A DNA stretch of 64,000 bases, from positions 1,925 through 65,924 of the forward strand of contig JAMJQQ010000119.1 in NCBI GenBank assembly GCA_023554445.1, in the 5' to 3' direction. Positions 60,700 to 64,000 of the stretch are shown in pieces. Each line of letters opens with the position of its first letter. Position 1 is the first letter of the stretch. A program made the translations under genes and the position numbers. Origin of the DNA: Candidatus Carthagonibacter metallireducens. GTDB taxonomy: Bacteria > Gemmatimonadota > Gemmatimonadetes > Palauibacterales > Palauibacteraceae. The notes beneath the pieces are model-generated. The model had not been told where the DNA came from. It saw only the letters and a program-made list of their open reading frames with translations, and made no database searches.

Positions 60700-61806
60700 T
60701 CACACTACCTTACGCAGAACGGCCTCTGTCTCATCGGCTGTCTGGTCCCAGGTGAATCTCGCTGCATGCCCGATCGCGCCCTGTCCGAGCCGGTCCCGAA
60801 GCGCCGGGTCAGCTGCCAGCCTGCCGATCGCATCGGCCCACTTCTCGACGTCGCCGTGCGGGACCAGGTACCCGGAAACACCGTCCAGGACCGATTCGCG
60901 CAGTCCTGGCGCGTCGCTGGCGAGCGAAGGTGTCCCGCACGCAGCCGCTTCTATGTTGCTGATGCCCCACCCCTCTTTCGGCGAAGGATAAACGTGAGCC
61001 CAGGCGCGACGCATCAGTTCCCGCTTCTCCTCCTCCGTAACGTACCCCGCGAAGGTCACGAGGTCTCTCAGCGCCAGGGAATCGACGAGCGTCTCGAGAC
61101 GCTGACGATCTTCCCCCTGCCCGGCGATCCGGAACTGTACCGCGGCTCCCCGGTCTCGAAGCAGGGCCAGCGCTCGCAAGACGATGTCGACGCTCTTGTA
61201 TCGCTGCAGTCGACCCGCATAGACGATCGTCGGCTCGGCTAATCGCTCTGAAAACTGAGCCGGGCGAAAGAAACCGTGGTCGATCCCGGGGTAGCTCACC
61301 GAGATCCGATCCCGCTGGAATCCACGCTCCACCAGATCGTCCGACGTGCTCTCCGAAATCACCAGTACCGGGATCTCGGCGTAGGCTGCAGGCATGAGTT
61401 TCTCGGCCGTCCACACCACAGCGGCGACCGGTGGCAGTTCCTGCCTGAATGCCGTCGCCCCGAACAGGTGAGGAACGAGTGCAACGACCGGAAGTGACGA
61501 CCACTGCTTGCAGAACAACGGACACTTGTTGATGTCCTCCACGATCACGTCGAATTCGCGTCCTGCTTCGAGCCTGTCCTTGAAGGCCGAGAGTGCGTGA
61601 AGCGCGAAGGTGTATCGAGTTCCGGCACGGACGACTCGCATTCCGTCGAGCCGCGTCTCTGTCGGAGCACCCGTCCACCCTGAGCAGAGGAGAGTAACAT
61701 CGTGCCCCCTGGCCGCGAGTCGTCCGAAAATCTCGTGCAGATGGATCTCCGCTCCACCCGCCCTCGGGTTCTCCCGATCCTGCCAGTTCACCACGAGAAT
61801 CCGCAC
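60700..61806 (-). CDS. GT4 glycosyltransferase
   Basis: NWQD..AGGAE, GRLQRYK, EGWGISNIEAAACGTP. Confidence 0.9.
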   Translation of the reverse strand: MRILVVNWQDRENPRAGGAEIHLHEIFGRLAARGHDVTLLCSGWTGAPTETRLDGMRVVRAGTRYTFALHALSAFKDRLEAGREFDVIVEDINKCPLFCKQWSSLPVVALVPHLFGATAFRQELPPVAAVVWTAEKLMPAAYAEIPVLVISESTSDDLVERGFQRDRISVSYPGIDHGFFRPAQFSERLAEPTIVYAGRLQRYKSVDIVLRALALLRDRGAAVQFRIAGQGEDRQRLETLVDSLALRDLVTFAGYVTEEEKRELMRRAWAHVYPSPKEGWGISNIEAAACGTPSLASDAPGLRESVLDGVSGYLVPHGDVEKWADAIGRLAADPALRDRLGQGAIGHAARFTWDQTADETEAVLRKVV

Positions 61807-61817
61807 GCGACGTGTCG

Positions 61818-62246
61818 TCAGAGCTTCTGGTTCCGGCCTCTGGCGACGGCGTCCAGAACGCCGTTGACGAAGCGGGGACTCTCCTCCGTACCATACCGCT
61901 CCGCGAGCCTGATTGCCTCGTGAATTGCGACTCTTGTCGGCACGTCCGGGATCGTCAGCAACTCCGTCGTCGCAAGTCGCAGAATGCTCCGGTCGATCGC
62001 GGTCAGTCGTTCCAACCGCCAGTTCGCGAGGTTCCCCTGAATTCTGCTGTCCACTTCAGGCAGGTGTTCGGCAAGCGAGGCAAGTAGCGATTCCGCATAT
62101 GGGCGGTATCTGTGCGAAATGCTCCGCAACGCGAAATTCCGCTCCGCGAAGGAGGGCAGAGCCAGTTCACCGTCGGAGACATCCCACGCATAGAGCATTT
62201 GCAGGGCCCAGCTTCGCGCTCGCGACCGCGGGTTGAAACCGCTCAT
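61818..62246 (-). CDS. nusB: Transcription antitermination factor NusB
   Basis: RSRAR..ALQMLY, NWRLERL..IDRSILR, FVNGVLD. Confidence 0.93.
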   Translation of the reverse strand: MSGFNPRSRARSWALQMLYAWDVSDGELALPSFAERNFALRSISHRYRPYAESLLASLAEHLPEVDSRIQGNLANWRLERLTAIDRSILRLATTELLTIPDVPTRVAIHEAIRLAERYGTEESPRFVNGVLDAVARGRNQKL

Positions 62247-62713
62247 TCGAGGCCGGCGGCGAGCCGGCACATGTCGAGAACCGCTTGCGCGGCCTCTTCT
62301 CCCTTGTTGCCCTTCACACCCCCCGAGCGCGCCCGCGCCTGGTCGGCCGTATCGGTGGTCAGCAGTCCGAATCCGATCGGAATGCCGTACTCGCGCGCGA
62401 GTGTCTCCAGCCCCCGGGTCGCTCCCAGCGAGACATACTCGAAGTGCGGCGTCTCTCCCCGGATGACGCAGCCGAGAGCGATCACGCCATCGAGATTCCC
62501 CCGCCGCAACAGCCATGACACGCAGAGCGGAATTTCCCAGGCCCCGGGAACACGGTAGACGGCGATGCGCTCTTCCTCCACTCCAGCCCCGAGTAGCGTC
62601 TGAATCGCCGCTTCCTGCATCGACCGCGTGACGGCCTCGTTGAATCGGCTGACTACGAGCGCGATCCGCAGCCGGGCCGACGACGAGGACGGCCCCGAAA
62701 ACGCCGCATTCAC
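62243..62713 (-). CDS. ribH: 6,7-dimethyl-8-ribityllumazine synthase
   Basis: SRFN, VPGAWEIP, GCVIRGETPHFEYV, NKGEEAA. Confidence 0.95.
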   Translation of the reverse strand: MNAAFSGPSSSSARLRIALVVSRFNEAVTRSMQEAAIQTLLGAGVEEERIAVYRVPGAWEIPLCVSWLLRRGNLDGVIALGCVIRGETPHFEYVSLGATRGLETLAREYGIPIGFGLLTTDTADQARARSGGVKGNKGEEAAQAVLDMCRLAAGLE

Positions 62714-63951
62714 GACGAGCCGAGCAGGTGCCCGAGCTTGTCCCGCTTGGCCTTGAGGTACTCGTGATTCAACTCGGTCACATCCGCCTCCAGGGCGACC
62801 CGTCCCGTGACCTCGAGACCGAATCCCTCGAGCCCGCTGAGTTTCTTCGGGTTGTTGGTGAGCAGACGGATCCGCTGCAGCCCCAGGTCCAGGAGGATCT
62901 GTGCCCCGATGCCGTAGTTCCGCAGATCTGCGGGAAAACCGAGGTGCTCGTTCGCCTCGACCGTGTCGAGTCCGCGATCCTGGAGCTCGTAGGCCTTCAG
63001 CTTGTTCAGGAGTCCGATCCCGCGGCCTTCCTGATCGAGATACACGATCACGCCGCGCCCTTCCGCCGCTACCTGACGCATCGCCGACTGAAGCTGCGAC
63101 TGACAGTCGCATCGCTCCGAGCCGAATACGTCTCCGGTGAGGCACTTGGAATGAACGCGCACCAGGACGTCGTCCTCGCCCTCGACCTCTCCCATGACCA
63201 GGGCGATGTGCTCGCGCGAGTCCACGTCGTTCCTGTATCCAACCACGCGGAACTCCCCGAAAGGCGTGGGCAGACTCGCCTCCGCAACGCGGTGCACGAG
63301 TCGCTCGTGGCCGAGCCGATACGAGATCAGGTCTGCGACGGTGACGAACGGGAGACCGTGCTGCTTCGAGAACACCTCGAGTTCCGGTCGACGGGCCATG
63401 GTGCCATCCGCGTTGAGGATCTCGCAGATGACGCCGGCGGGCGCACAGTCGGCGAGCCGCGCGATATCGACCGACGCTTCCGTCTGCCCGACTCGCTGAA
63501 GCACGCCGCCACGCTTGGCGCGAAGCGGAAAGATATGACCAGGACGGATCAGATCAGACGGACTCGAGTCCGGATCTACCGCCACCTGGATCGTTCGTGC
63601 CCTGTCAGCGGCGCTGATCCCCGTCGACACACCCTGTTCGATCGTGGCATCGATCGAAACGGTGAACGCCGTACCGTTCGGGTCGGAATTGCGACCGTCC
63701 GACATCAGCGGCAGGTCCAGTCTGTCGGCGATCTCGGGATCGAGAGTCAGGCAGACCAGTCCGCGGCCGTGTGTCGCCATGAAGTTGATGATCTCGGGCG
63801 TCACCTTCTCGGCAGCGCAGACGAGGTCCCCTTCGTTCTCCCGGTCTTCGTCATCGGCAATGATGACGAGACCTCCCTCCCGAATCTGTCGAATCGCTTC
63901 TACTACTTTCATATCTGCAGACGACTGCACGAATCCACTCCCGGATGTCAT
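62710..63951 (-). CDS. ribBA: Bifunctional DHBP synthase / GTP cyclohydrolase II
   Basis: DDEDRENEGD, RPGHIFPL, RVHSKCLTGD..RCDC, QEGRGIG, LTNNP. Confidence 0.96.
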   Translation of the reverse strand: MTSGSGFVQSSADMKVVEAIRQIREGGLVIIADDEDRENEGDLVCAAEKVTPEIINFMATHGRGLVCLTLDPEIADRLDLPLMSDGRNSDPNGTAFTVSIDATIEQGVSTGISAADRARTIQVAVDPDSSPSDLIRPGHIFPLRAKRGGVLQRVGQTEASVDIARLADCAPAGVICEILNADGTMARRPELEVFSKQHGLPFVTVADLISYRLGHERLVHRVAEASLPTPFGEFRVVGYRNDVDSREHIALVMGEVEGEDDVLVRVHSKCLTGDVFGSERCDCQSQLQSAMRQVAAEGRGVIVYLDQEGRGIGLLNKLKAYELQDRGLDTVEANEHLGFPADLRNYGIGAQILLDLGLQRIRLLTNNPKKLSGLEGFGLEVTGRVALEADVTELNHEYLKAKRDKLGHLLGSS

Positions 63952-64000
63952 TTCGATTGCGTGCGCCGCGCGGCACCTGCGGCCGTGGCGGCGATGGCCT

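Noticed and set aside
63948..64000. 3' end of an upstream gene overlapping the ribBA start (ATGA), maybe riboflavin synthase
   Set aside because: Too little sequence to identify

Overview
GC-rich bacterial chromosome segment, diderm (LptE, LpxH, heptose enzymes, Mla ABC, TonB receptor). The hprK-manIIABCD-HPr-EI-metK-ahcY synteny suggests Gemmatimonadota (inference). No integrase, transposase or CRISPR array was seen. In order, the window holds: a peptide-scavenging region (pepD, OPT transporter + orphan PqqD/RRE protein, lat, M64 peptidase, pepF); a minus-strand locus at 11370-19629; Na/Pi cotransporter + PhoU; tRNA-Pro; an ECF sigma/anti-sigma - CC* protein - ArsA/Get3 - cstA run followed by a candidate micropeptide; envelope genes; tRNA-Sec; fhs; mlaEFD; greA; tmRNA; ptsN; selB; recO; a cobalamin-riboswitch btu operon; ahcY/metK; a mannose-class PTS; nusB and rib genes. 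The strongest candidate for an uncharacterised system is 11370-19953: three GcvH-like proteins lacking the canonical lipoylation motif and sharing an ADGGE tail, interleaved with a HybA/HybB (HmcB/HmcC-type) membrane redox pair with no catalytic subunit, then a CxxCH heme sensor kinase, a sigma54 activator and an archaemetzincin, behind a sigma54-like promoter with TGT-N11-ACA boxes. All calls come from reading motifs by eye; no searches were run.
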